Shown here piece by piece: positions 39,081 through 48,022 of a DNA stretch of 48,797 bases; positions within the stretch are counted from its first letter, which is position 1; the number at the start of each line of letters is the position of its first letter. The notes under the pieces were generated by a model. The model ran no database searches. It was given only the letters and a program-made list of their open reading frames with translations, and was not told the origin of the DNA. This DNA comes from Planctomycetota bacterium (lineage in GTDB: Bacteria > Planctomycetota > B15-G4 > JAXMBY01): NCBI GenBank assembly GCA_046349655.1, contig JAXMBY010000051.1:1-48797 (forward strand). Direction: 5' to 3'. The position numbers and the translations under genes were made by a program.

Positions 39081-39408
39081 GGCGTTGTCCCTGGTGAGCG
39101 GTGCCGGAGGTGCAAGTGAGGTCAACGGTAGGGGCTCTCGCGGTTGCCGTCAAGCGGTGTCCTGGCGCGGCCTCTGCGGGACGGGCGCGGCGCGTTCGAC
39201 GGGACACGCACTCGCCGCGCGCCGGACGTGCCCCGACCGGCTGCGGCGCGCTCGATTTTCCCGGTAATCGGGTGGTGCACCTCCGGATGAGAGGAGAGCT
39301 CCCGATCTGCTCGGCGCGGCAGCGCAGATGCACTGCGCGGCTGCGCCCGAGGGCGGCGAGGGCACGCCGCCGAGAGCATTTCCCCCTCTAACAACGGAGT
39401 GATCGCCC

Positions 39409-40956
39409 ATGAGGACCGAGACTTTCTTCCGCGCCGCAAAGGCAAGCTGTAACGTGGCCGTCGCGGCGTTGGCGCTATGCGCGTCGCTCGCGGCTGCCGG
39501 TCAATGTCCGGAGCTGCAGAAGCTCGAGCTTGCGGGTGGGACGTACTACGACGACTTCGGCTTCAGCGTGTCCGTGGACGGGCTCGTCGCCGTGGTTGGC
39601 GCGCACCTCGACGACACTGCCGCGGGGACCGATGCTGGCTCGGCGCAGGTGTTCCGCTACGATGCCGGCAGCGGCCAGTGGCTGGCGGAGCAGCAGCTGT
39701 TCGCGAGCGACGGCGCCGCTGGCGACGCGTTCGGCGTGTCGGTCGCCGTGAGCGGCAACGTGATCGCCGTGGGTGCGTATCTCGACGACACCGCAACCGG
39801 CGCCGACACCGGCTCGGTGTACGTGTTCCGCCATGACGGCAGCGCGTGGATCGAGGAGCAGAAGATCACGTCGGGCGGCGCCAGCGGCGATGCGTTCGGC
39901 CGCTCGGTCGCGCTGAGCGGCGACTACCTCGTGGTCGGCGCGTACCTCGACGACACCACGGGCGGCACCGATTCAGGCGCGGCGTACTTCTACAAGTACC
40001 GCGGCTCGGTGCTGAAGTGGTCGTTCGATGGCTCGAAGGATGGCGCGGCTGCGGGCGACGGCTTCGGTTACGCGGTCGCGATCGACGGCAGTGTCGCTGT
40101 GGTGGGCGCCCATGACCACGACACGGCCGCAGGCGCCAACGCCGGCCAAGCCTATGTCTATCGCAACGTCGCCAATCAGTGGAACGGCGATGGCGTGCTG
40201 ACCGCGAGCGACGGCGCTGCCAACGACCAGTTCGGCGTCGCCGTGAGCGTGAGCGGCGACGTGATCGCCGTCGGCGCCTTCGCTCAAGACAACGCCGCCG
40301 GCAACGATGCCGGCGCTGCCTACGTGTTCCGGCACGCGTCCAACCAGTGGACCGAGGAGGCACAGCTGTTCGCCGCCGACGGCAGCGCTTCGGATCGCTT
40401 CGGCCGCGCGGTTGCCGTGGATGGGGACGTGATCGTCGTGGGCGCGGACGCGAACGACGCGCCGGGCACCGACACTGGCGCCGCCTATCTGTTCCGCTAC
40501 ATCGGCCCTGGCTGCAGCTGGGTGCAAGATCATCAGCTCGGCGACCGCAACGCCGGCGCGTACGACCTGCTCGGCACGAGCGTGGCGGTGAGCGGGGGCT
40601 TCGCTCTGGCCGGCGCCTATCTCGACGACACCGGCGGCGGCTACGATGCCGGCTCGGTGTGCGTGTTCGGCGCGGCCGAGATCGTGCTCGACGTGCAACC
40701 GACCACGGTGGGCGCCGGTCAGACCGTCACCTTCACGACCGGCTATGGCGACAGCAACGAGCCGTTCATGATGGCGGTGGTGGTGCCGTTCAAGTACTTC
40801 CTGCTCAGCTATGGCGCCGACTGCCGCTCGGTGCTGCCGGTCACGGTGCCGCCGGGCATTCCGCCGGGCACGACGCTCACGTTCCAGGCATTCGAGCTGA
40901 TCGAGTGCGCGAACCGCGCTGCCTCGTCCAACCAGGTGAGCGTGACGTTCCAGTGA
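39409..40956 (+). CDS. Secreted FG-GAP_2-type beta-propeller repeat protein
   Basis: Signal peptide MRTETFFRAAKASCNVAVAALALCASLAAA. ~8 repeats DxFGxSVAvSGxvxvVGAxlDDTxxGxDxGSxYVFR spaced ~50 aa apart. Confidence 0.8.
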   Translation: MRTETFFRAAKASCNVAVAALALCASLAAAGQCPELQKLELAGGTYYDDFGFSVSVDGLVAVVGAHLDDTAAGTDAGSAQVFRYDAGSGQWLAEQQLFASDGAAGDAFGVSVAVSGNVIAVGAYLDDTATGADTGSVYVFRHDGSAWIEEQKITSGGASGDAFGRSVALSGDYLVVGAYLDDTTGGTDSGAAYFYKYRGSVLKWSFDGSKDGAAAGDGFGYAVAIDGSVAVVGAHDHDTAAGANAGQAYVYRNVANQWNGDGVLTASDGAANDQFGVAVSVSGDVIAVGAFAQDNAAGNDAGAAYVFRHASNQWTEEAQLFAADGSASDRFGRAVAVDGDVIVVGADANDAPGTDTGAAYLFRYIGPGCSWVQDHQLGDRNAGAYDLLGTSVAVSGGFALAGAYLDDTGGGYDAGSVCVFGAAEIVLDVQPTTVGAGQTVTFTTGYGDSNEPFMMAVVVPFKYFLLSYGADCRSVLPVTVPPGIPPGTTLTFQAFELIECANRAASSNQVSVTFQ

Positions 40957-41089
40957 TGACGACCCGCGTCGCGCGGCATTTTGCGCGGCGCCGCAGCGCC
41001 ACCTCGCCGGCCACTGCGACCGGGCGCGGTGGCGCTGTGTGCATTTTCATTGAACCTCGCCCTCGCCGCGTGCGACTTCTACGCCGCCC

Positions 41090-41648
41090 ATGGACCAGAA
41101 ACAGCGGCGCATCCGAGACGCGTGGATCACGCTGCGCTGCCAGCTCGGCGAGGCCGATGCGTTCGCCGAGCTGGTGCGTGAGCTGGAGCGACCGCTCTCC
41201 TACTACGTGGCGCGCCTGGTGGGCGACGAGCACGCGCTCGACGTGATGCAGGAGCTCTGGCTGCGCGCGTTTCGCGGCGTGCGCAAGCTCACCGATCCGA
41301 GCGCGCTGCGGCCGTGGCTGTATCGCCTGGCGCACGGGCTCGCGATCGACCGGCTGCGGCGCGAGACTGTGCGCGAGCGGATCGAGGGCACAGGCCTCGC
41401 GGACGATGTCGCGGCCGTCGCCGAGCCCGACCTGAGCAGTGAGGATGCACAGCTCGTGCACGCGGCTCGGTGCGATCGACCTGAAGCACCGCGAGGTGCT
41501 GGTGCTGCACTTCCTCGAGGATCTGTCGCTCGAGGAAGTGGCCGCGATCGTGGGCTGCCCGATCGGCACGGTGAAGTCGCGCCTGTTCCATGCCAAGCGT
41601 GCATTGCAGGCTGTGCTGCGGAGAACGCACCATGACCAGTCCCGGTGA
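41090..41648 (+). CDS. ECF (sigma-70 family) RNA polymerase sigma factor, frameshifted between regions 2 and 4
   Basis: Region 2 DVMQELWLRAFRGVRKLTDPSALRPWLYRLAHGLAIDRLRR lies in the frame of ORF 41090-41635. Region 4 LKHREVLVLHFLEDLSLEEVAAIVGCPIGTVKSRLFHAKRAL lies in ORF 41439-41648, a different frame. The junction is near 41465 (...EDAQLVHAA|GAIDLKHRE). Confidence 0.75.
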
Positions 41649-42027
41649 TCCCATGCGCGAGCAGCTGCTCGCGCACAGCGATGCGGCGGCAAGCGATCTG
41701 GAGCGGCATCGCCGCACCATCGATGCCGAGCTCGAGCACCACCAGCGCGGGCTGCGGCGCGAGCAGCTGTTCTTGCGCTTCCTGTGGCCAGCGCTGGTGC
41801 TGATGGCGACGGTGTTCCTGGTGATCGCTGCGCGCCACGCGGCCGTGCCGCTCGGCACGTTCTTCGGTATCCAGGCGTGCTTCTGGGTGCTGTTCGGCGC
41901 GATCGAGCTGATCAAGCACTTCGTCAACCGCGCGCGCGTCGAGATCTTGCGCGATGTTCGCCGCGTGCAGCTCGATGTCGCCGAGCTCAGGGCCGAGCTC
42001 GCCCAGCGCAACAAGGAGACGTCATGA
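41632..42027 (+). CDS. Small 2-TM membrane protein, putative anti-sigma factor
   Basis: ATG 41632 overlaps the sigma gene end by 17 nt. Cytoplasmic N-terminal ~45 aa, then two hydrophobic helices (FLWPALVLMATVFLVIAA; FFGIQACFWVLFGAIELI). Position and size are typical of ECF anti-sigma factors, but no zinc-finger motif is present. Confidence 0.45.
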   Translation: MTSPGDPMREQLLAHSDAAASDLERHRRTIDAELEHHQRGLRREQLFLRFLWPALVLMATVFLVIAARHAAVPLGTFFGIQACFWVLFGAIELIKHFVNRARVEILRDVRRVQLDVAELRAELAQRNKETS

Positions 42028-43154
42028 TCCTGGCACTGACCGTTGGCCTGCTCATCGCCCGCGGCGAGCAGGCGGCAGAGATGGCCGCCGCGCAGCGCAC
42101 GCTGTTCGCGAAGCTGCACGTGGCCGAGGCCTGGGAGTACACGCGCGGCGATCCGACGGTGTCGATCGGCGTGATCGACAACGGCTTCGACTACTATCAT
42201 CCCAGCCTCAAGGGCCGGCTCGAACCGGGCTACTACTATCCGGGCGGCTATCACTCGGACTTCTACGAGAACATCGCCCACGGCACGCTGGTGGCGGGCA
42301 TCATCGTCGCCAACGGCGACGATGGCGTGAGCGGGCTGGCGCCCGATTGCCGCATCATCACGGCCTCGCAGGGGACCATCGACCACTATCTGGTCAAGCT
42401 GCAGAAGCGCACCGATCCCAAGCTGCTGCAGAGCGAGATGGCAGCGCACCCGGACGAGCTGAAGCGATTCGGCGAAGCGTGGTCACGCTATCAGGTCGAG
42501 GGTGCCGCCCACGCGATCGACTATCTGGTCGATCGCGGCGTGCGCGTGATCAACTTCAGCGGCGGCCTGTGGCGCAGCCAGTGTCCGTCGGCGGCAGCGT
42601 GGCAGAAGCTCGAGGATGCGGTGCGTCGCGCGGCCGAGCACGACGTGATCGTGGTGCTGTCGGCGGGCAACAACGCGAAGGAGTCCACGGACTATCCCGG
42701 CAGCCATGCGAACGTGATCGTCGCCGGTGGCATCACGCTGGACGACAAGCGCTGGGACCAGAGCATTCCGTACAACGGCACCATCATCAAGGTCGGGTCG
42801 AACTACGGCGCGCGGCTGTCGGTGATGGCGCCGATCGAGAACATCGTCTCGTGCGAGCCGCACGAGCGCGGCTGCTACCAGACCGACGACGGACCGATGG
42901 GCGCGACCCGCGTCGAGTTCCACGGCAACCACAGCATCCTGCCCAATGGCGGCACGTCGTCGGCCGCGCCGATCGTCGCCGCGCTGGTGGCGCTGGTGCG
43001 CAGCGCCCGGCCCGACCTCGACGCGGCTGCGGTGATCGACATCATCGAGCGGGGCTGCGATGACCTCGGTGCTAGCGGGCGCGACCCCGACACCGGCTTC
43101 GGCCGCGTCAACTTCGGCAAGACGCTCGCGCTCGCCGTCGACGACGAGCGCTGA
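42024..43154 (+). CDS. S8-family (subtilisin-like) serine peptidase
   Basis: ATG 42024 overlaps the upstream stop (ATGA). Catalytic triad motifs: Asp in SIGVIDNGFD, His in HGTLVAGII, Ser in NGGTSSAAPIVAA. N-terminal signal-anchor-like segment MILALTVGLLIA. Confidence 0.8.
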   Translation: MILALTVGLLIARGEQAAEMAAAQRTLFAKLHVAEAWEYTRGDPTVSIGVIDNGFDYYHPSLKGRLEPGYYYPGGYHSDFYENIAHGTLVAGIIVANGDDGVSGLAPDCRIITASQGTIDHYLVKLQKRTDPKLLQSEMAAHPDELKRFGEAWSRYQVEGAAHAIDYLVDRGVRVINFSGGLWRSQCPSAAAWQKLEDAVRRAAEHDVIVVLSAGNNAKESTDYPGSHANVIVAGGITLDDKRWDQSIPYNGTIIKVGSNYGARLSVMAPIENIVSCEPHERGCYQTDDGPMGATRVEFHGNHSILPNGGTSSAAPIVAALVALVRSARPDLDAAAVIDIIERGCDDLGASGRDPDTGFGRVNFGKTLALAVDDER

Positions 43155-43163
43155 GCGGCGCCG

Positions 43164-44307
43164 TCAATCGCCGTCCGACGCACCGCGCCGGGCGCGGATC
43201 GCGCGGCGCTGCTCGAGCGTGGGCGGCTCGGGGACGAGCTTCGCGCTCTTCATCACGCGGAACAGCGCCGCCGCAGCGAGCTGGCAGCCTTCCGCCTTCA
43301 GGTGGCAATTGTCGATGAACACCTGCGGCTTGTGATCGAGCTCCTTGACGAGGTCGCACAGCACCACGTGCTTGTCGCTCGCGACGCTGCGGATCATTGC
43401 CTGATACGGCGTGTCGCCGAACTGCTGCTCGAGCTGCGCCTGCAGATCGTGATCCACCTGCGCCTTCAGCGGCTGCACGATCAGCACCGGCTGCGCGCCG
43501 CGCGCGCGCACCAGGTCGACGATCTCGCCGAGCTGCGCGGCGAACTGCTCGGGGCTCGCGCGTGGCAGCGCGCTGGTAGCGGCCGCGGCGTCCGCGCGCG
43601 CGAACGCCGGGCTGCCGTCGTTGCCCCAGCGCAAGAGCACGGCGGCCAGCGAGCGCAGCAGCGCGCTCTTCAGCAGGCTGGACAGGAGCGGCGGATTGAG
43701 CCGGGCATGCACGTCGGCGTCCGATGCGCCGGTCCACGGCGACGCATCGTTGATGCCGAACGAGATCGTGACCACGTCCGGCTCGAGCGACAGCCCGAGC
43801 TGCTTCAGGAACTGGATGCCCTGATACGACGTGTAGCCCGGGCAGCCGCCGTTGACCACCTCGAAGACGCCGTCCTCGTACACGCTGTTCAGCATCTGCT
43901 CGAGCCGTGCCGGGTACGTGTCGCCGCTCGGCACGCCCGAGCCATAGGTGCACGAGTCGCCGAGCGCGAGCACGCGGAAATGATCCGCGGGCTTGGGGCG
44001 CGACACCTCGGGGCTGCGCAGGCCGAGCGAGTTGGTGCGCGTGTCGAGCCACAGCGGCTTGAGCCACGGCCGGCCATGCAGGTTGGGTTTGAAGCGCCAG
44101 AACAGATCGGCGTCGCCGTCGATGATCTGATCGACCTCGCCGAGCGTGAGGCCGCCGATGGCGATGAACACGTCACGCCCGCGGGGGAAGCGCGGATCGG
44201 GCACGCGGGCGAAGCGGGCGATGCCTTCGCCGAGCGCGAGCAGCGCGATCGTGATCGCGAGCGCGAACGCGATCTTGCGACCGGCGCCGATGTCGGAACG
44301 GTTCACG
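43164..44307 (-). CDS. SGNH/GDSL-family lipase/esterase with an N-terminal membrane anchor
   Basis: GTG start at 44307 (VNRSDIGAGRKIAFALAITIALLAL) with AGAGGA upstream. The longer ORF extending to 44468 has an Arg/Pro-rich, implausible N-terminus. Blocks VLALGDSCTYG, GGCPGYTS, ISFGINDA, DNCHL. Confidence 0.7.
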
Positions 44308-44516
44308 GTGGGCGATCCTCTGGGTGACGGTGCAGCGCCAGCGCGCGGCGACCGCGGGTGCCCCAGTATACCCTGCGCTCGCGGGCGCCGGCGCGGCGCT
44401 CGTCCATGGTTGCCCTTCTGCCGCGAATCGCGACACGCGCGTGGCGAACCTGAGACTGCGTCGTGCAAGGCAGCGGCGCGAGCGAGCGAGGCGTTGCTCG
44501 CTCGCGCGCGCCCGGC

Positions 44517-46103
44517 TCAGGTCTTCGGCGGGCGCGGCGCCTCCGGCTCGCCCTCCACCCGTGCCGTCACCGGCGGCGACTCACCGACGAGCTTGCCGAA
44601 GTAGTCCGGCATCTGGATGCCGCCGATGTCGCGCATGATGTTGAGCATCGGCGGCAACGAGCGCGACAGACCTTGCAGGAAGCCGGCCGCGCCGCCGCTG
44701 CCATTCTGGTGCCCGTTGCCGCCGTCCCACACGATCACCTTGTCGAACTTGATGTTGGCGATCGCCTTGGCCGCGGTCTCGGACAGCTGTTCCAGGTGCT
44801 CGAGCATCAGCATCTGGAATGCCTGCTGCGCGCCGCCGCAGCTGTCGACGATCTGCCGCAAGCCCGCGCCCTTCTTCGCCAGGATCTCGTACTCGCCGCG
44901 CGCTTGCGCTTCGAGCTTGGCGAAGATCGCCGCGGCCTCGCCCTCGGCCTCGATGCGGCGCCGCTGCGCCTGCGCCTCGGCGTCGACGATGAGCTTGGCC
45001 TTCTGCGCGCGGGCGACGGCTTCGAGCTCGGCGCGCTTCTCCGCTTCGATCTTGCCGGCGAGCGCCTCGGCGGCCTTGGCCTCGGCCACGTACTGCGCTT
45101 GCCGCACCGCCGCCTCGGCCTCGCGATGGCGCGTCTCGCTGAGCTGATACGCTTCCGCCTCCTTCACGCGCAGCCCGGCATTGGCGGCGGCGACCTCGGC
45201 CTTGGACTTGTTCTCGCCCGCGACCGCCTTGGCGTTGGCGTCGGCCACGGCGATGCGCATCTGCCGCTCCGACTCCTTCACCAGCGCTTCCTGCTCGAAC
45301 GCCGCGGTCTGCTGTCCCACCGCCCGTTCCTTGTCGAGCGTGGCGACGCGCACCGCCTGGTCGCGCTCGGCTTCCTTGGTGCCGATCTCGCGGAACTTGC
45401 TCGCGCCCGCGACCGAGATCGCCTGCTCCTTGCTGGCCTCGGCGACGCCGATCGCGCCGCGCTTCACCTCCTCGGCCACGTCCACCTCGGCTTGCTTGAT
45501 TGCCGCCGATGCCGCCTTGCGGCCGATCGCCTCGATGTAACCCGAGTCGTCGGTGATGTCGGTGATGTTGACGTTGATGAGCACGAGGCCGATCTTCTCG
45601 AGCTCCGGCTCGAGCGATTTCTGGATCGCTTCCAGGAACTTCTCGCGATCGCGGTTGATGTCCTCGATGCCCATCGAGGCGATCACCTGGCGCAGCTGGC
45701 CGAAGATGATGTCCTCGGCTTGCTTCATGATGTCGCCGGTCTTGAGCCCGAGCAGGCGCACCGCCGCGTTCTGCATGGTGCTCGCATCGGTGCCGATGGC
45801 GACCGTGAACACGCTCGGCACGTTGACGCGGATGTTCTCGAGCGACAGTGCGCCCTTGAGCGGGATCTCGATCTGGATCGGATCGAGCGAGAGGAAATCG
45901 TAGTCCTGGATCAGCGGCCACACGAATGCGCCGCCGCCGTGCAGGCAGCGCGCGGTCTGGCCTTCTCTCACCCTGCCGTAGATCACCAGGATCTTGTTGC
46001 TCGGGCAGCGCTTGTAGCGCTTGACCAGGAGCATGAGCAGCCCGAACAGGATCATCACCGCGGCGACGATCATCGCCAGGAAATAGGGATTTGGCGCTGG
46101 CAT
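44517..46103 (-). CDS. Flotillin-family (SPFH/band-7) membrane protein
   Basis: ATG 46103 preceded by GAAGGAG. N-terminal TM FLAMIVAAVMILFGLLMLLV, SPFH domain, then a long Ala/Glu/Lys-rich coiled-coil (EAEAYQLSETRHREAEAAVRQAQYVAEAKAAEALAGKIEAEKRAELEA). Confidence 0.85.
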   Translation of the reverse strand: MPAPNPYFLAMIVAAVMILFGLLMLLVKRYKRCPSNKILVIYGRVREGQTARCLHGGGAFVWPLIQDYDFLSLDPIQIEIPLKGALSLENIRVNVPSVFTVAIGTDASTMQNAAVRLLGLKTGDIMKQAEDIIFGQLRQVIASMGIEDINRDREKFLEAIQKSLEPELEKIGLVLINVNITDITDDSGYIEAIGRKAASAAIKQAEVDVAEEVKRGAIGVAEASKEQAISVAGASKFREIGTKEAERDQAVRVATLDKERAVGQQTAAFEQEALVKESERQMRIAVADANAKAVAGENKSKAEVAAANAGLRVKEAEAYQLSETRHREAEAAVRQAQYVAEAKAAEALAGKIEAEKRAELEAVARAQKAKLIVDAEAQAQRRRIEAEGEAAAIFAKLEAQARGEYEILAKKGAGLRQIVDSCGGAQQAFQMLMLEHLEQLSETAAKAIANIKFDKVIVWDGGNGHQNGSGGAAGFLQGLSRSLPPMLNIMRDIGGIQMPDYFGKLVGESPPVTARVEGEPEAPRPPKT

Positions 46104-46108
46104 GAGCT

Positions 46109-46705
46109 TCACTCCTTCGCAATCGCGACCACTTCGACGGTGTCCGGCCCGCTGGCCGCGATCACCTTCACCTCGGCACCGGTCGGGATCTCCGTCCCGT
46201 GCGTCACTGCCTTGCACTCGACCTTGCGTCCCTGGAAGGCGACGATGACCTTGCCATTGCCCGCGGCGTGCGCGGGGACGCGCAGGTACACGCGCGCGGG
46301 CTGGCCGACGGCATTCTTGAGGTTGAGGTTGCCGCGCGACTGCAGCTGCGCGAGGCCGGCCATCAGGTAAGCCACCCCGACCAGCGCGATCGCGCCTGCC
46401 GCCACCGCCAGCACGAGCGCCGTGCCGCGGTCGAGCTCGGCCGAGCTGGCCGCGAGGCCACCGAGCCCGAAGAAGGTGAGGAACGCGACCACGGTCTTGA
46501 ACGTGAGCAGCTTGATGAACAGATCGCCGTGGCCATCGCCGGCGTGGTCATGACCACTCGACGCATCGTGCACGTCGCCATCGTGGAAGTGTGCGTCGGT
46601 ATGGTCGCCGGCGCCGCCCACGAGCAGCAGGATCGTCTGGATGCAGAGGACCGTGCCGCCGATCGCCGCGCACGCGACATAGACGTTGATCAGGGACAGG
46701 TTCAT
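46109..46705 (-). CDS. NfeD-like membrane protein (flotillin partner) with a His/Asp-rich loop
   Basis: 6-nt gap to the flotillin start. N-terminal TM, an H/D-rich segment DHTDAHFHDGDVHDASSGHDHAGDGHGD, 2 further TMs, and a C-terminal OB-fold-like beta domain (VYLRVPAHAAGNGKVIVAFQGRKVECKAV). Confidence 0.7.
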   Translation of the reverse strand: MNLSLINVYVACAAIGGTVLCIQTILLLVGGAGDHTDAHFHDGDVHDASSGHDHAGDGHGDLFIKLLTFKTVVAFLTFFGLGGLAASSAELDRGTALVLAVAAGAIALVGVAYLMAGLAQLQSRGNLNLKNAVGQPARVYLRVPAHAAGNGKVIVAFQGRKVECKAVTHGTEIPTGAEVKVIAASGPDTVEVVAIAKE

Positions 46706-46934
46706 GGTTACCCCCGAAGGATGCTACCGGGCGAGGGCCAGACTGCCCACCACGAGCACGCTCGCGCCGGCCTTGCCTACCACCGGCCACGACGTTTTGT
46801 TCACCGCGGCGGTGCCAGGATCTTCGCCGCCGCCAGAAGGCCCGGCTGCCGCCGCCGCCGGGCGCCCGAGTGATGGCCCGGTGATGGGCTGAACGGCTGC
46901 GACCCGCCCTCGACCCCGCGGCCCCTGGCCCGAG

Positions 46935-46969
46935 CGACCCGCGGCGATTCTCGCCACCACCGCGGGTCG
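46935..46969 (-). terminator. GC-rich hairpin (10-bp perfect stem, 15-nt loop) with no U-tract; candidate terminator downstream of the 47106 gene
   Basis: cgacccgcgg (46935-46944) pairs perfectly with ccgcgggtcg (46960-46969). Lies ~140 nt downstream of the minus-strand stop at 47106, in a 400-bp non-coding gap. Confidence 0.3.
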
Positions 46970-47105
46970 TTCAAGCACCTGCTGCCCGCCCCATGCGCCG
47001 CGCGATCTCGCCGTTCCGCCGACCGGCGTCGACCCGCACGAGGTCGCGGTGCACGAGCAGCTCGCCTGCGTCGCGAACACGGCGACCAGGAGCCCGGCAA
47101 CACGA

Positions 47106-47623
47106 TCACAGCGCCGGGCGAAGCTCCTGCCAGATGCGGCGCGCGCCGGTGCTCAGCAGCTCGAGGTGCTGGTCGACCTGGGCGAGCCAGAGGGCGCCGT
47201 TCAACACCCTTTGCGCCTGCACCAGCCCGATGATGTCGCTGCGATCCTGGGGCCCGCCCGCCTCGAGCTTGAGCAGCAGCAACGCGAGCGGCGTGGCGAC
47301 CGGGCAGCCAAGCGCCGGCGACGGCACCGCACCGTGCACGGCAAAGGCCATCGCTCCACCGCGCCCAACGATCACATCGTGATCGCAATCACCGGCGAAA
47401 CGAACCAGCCCGGCGAGTGGGTCGTCGGCATCGCCGCGGCGTATCTCGGGAGTGCGGAACCCGCTCCAGAATCGGGGATCGAGCACGACGTCATCCATCG
47501 TCAGCAGATCGACATCCGCGGTGAAGCGCGCCCAGCCGTGCGCGGCAAGTGCCGACGCGCCGATGAGGCAATATCGCACGCCGCGCTGTCGCAGGTGCTC
47601 GAGCAGCTGCCGATCAATCACGT
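47106..47623 (-). CDS. Nucleotidyltransferase-fold protein (MNT/AbiEii-like motif)
   Basis: Candidate GTG start at 47623 (VIDRQLLEHLRQRGVRYCLIGASALAAHGWARFTADVDLL) gives a G-[AS]-x11-D-x-D NTase signature near the N-terminus. The same frame upstream of the GTG is Cys/Arg-rich nonsense. Confidence 0.5.
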
Positions 47624-47835
47624 CGAATCCCGAGCATGTCGTCGAGCATGCGGCACGGCCGCCGGCCAGTTTGCATGATCTTCTCCCGCAGCCGGCGCGC
47701 ATCGGCGATGGTCGAGCCCGCTGGCATCTGCGCCAGCAGCAGCTTGAGACCGAGCTGCTCGCGCAGCATGGTCTCGAACTGGCGCAGGGCACGAACGACC
47801 TCGAAATGTGGATCGCGGCGGCGCATGGAGGTCAT
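47614..47835 (-). CDS. Small ORF (73 aa) overlapping the start of the NTase gene by ~8 nt. Either a separate upstream partner gene or the frameshifted N-terminus of the same gene
   Basis: MTSMRRRDPHFEVVRALRQFETMLREQLGLKLLLAQ... ends at a TGA embedded in GTGATTGA, where GTG is the candidate NTase start. Confidence 0.35.
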   Translation of the reverse strand: MTSMRRRDPHFEVVRALRQFETMLREQLGLKLLLAQMPAGSTIADARRLREKIMQTGRRPCRMLDDMLGIRRD

Positions 47836-47970
47836 CGTAGCCCTCGCCGCCGCGCGGTAAAGAATCGGTTCCCGAGACGTCTGCCCTATGGGCGATCTTC
47901 ACCGCTCGTTGCGGCGCTGGCGGACGATCGAGTGCGCGACCGACCTCAGCGCCGCGACCGCCGCGAGCGC

Positions 47971-47999
47971 GGGGAGCGCCGTCTCTGCCGGCGCTCCCC
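47971..47999 (-). terminator. GC-rich hairpin (10-bp perfect stem, 9-nt loop) 24 nt downstream of the protease gene stop; candidate terminator
   Basis: ggggagcgcc (47971-47980) / ggcgctcccc (47990-47999). No U-tract, which is common in high-GC genomes. Confidence 0.35.
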
Positions 48000-48022
48000 G
48001 AATCGGTCGAGGCCGAGGCGGC

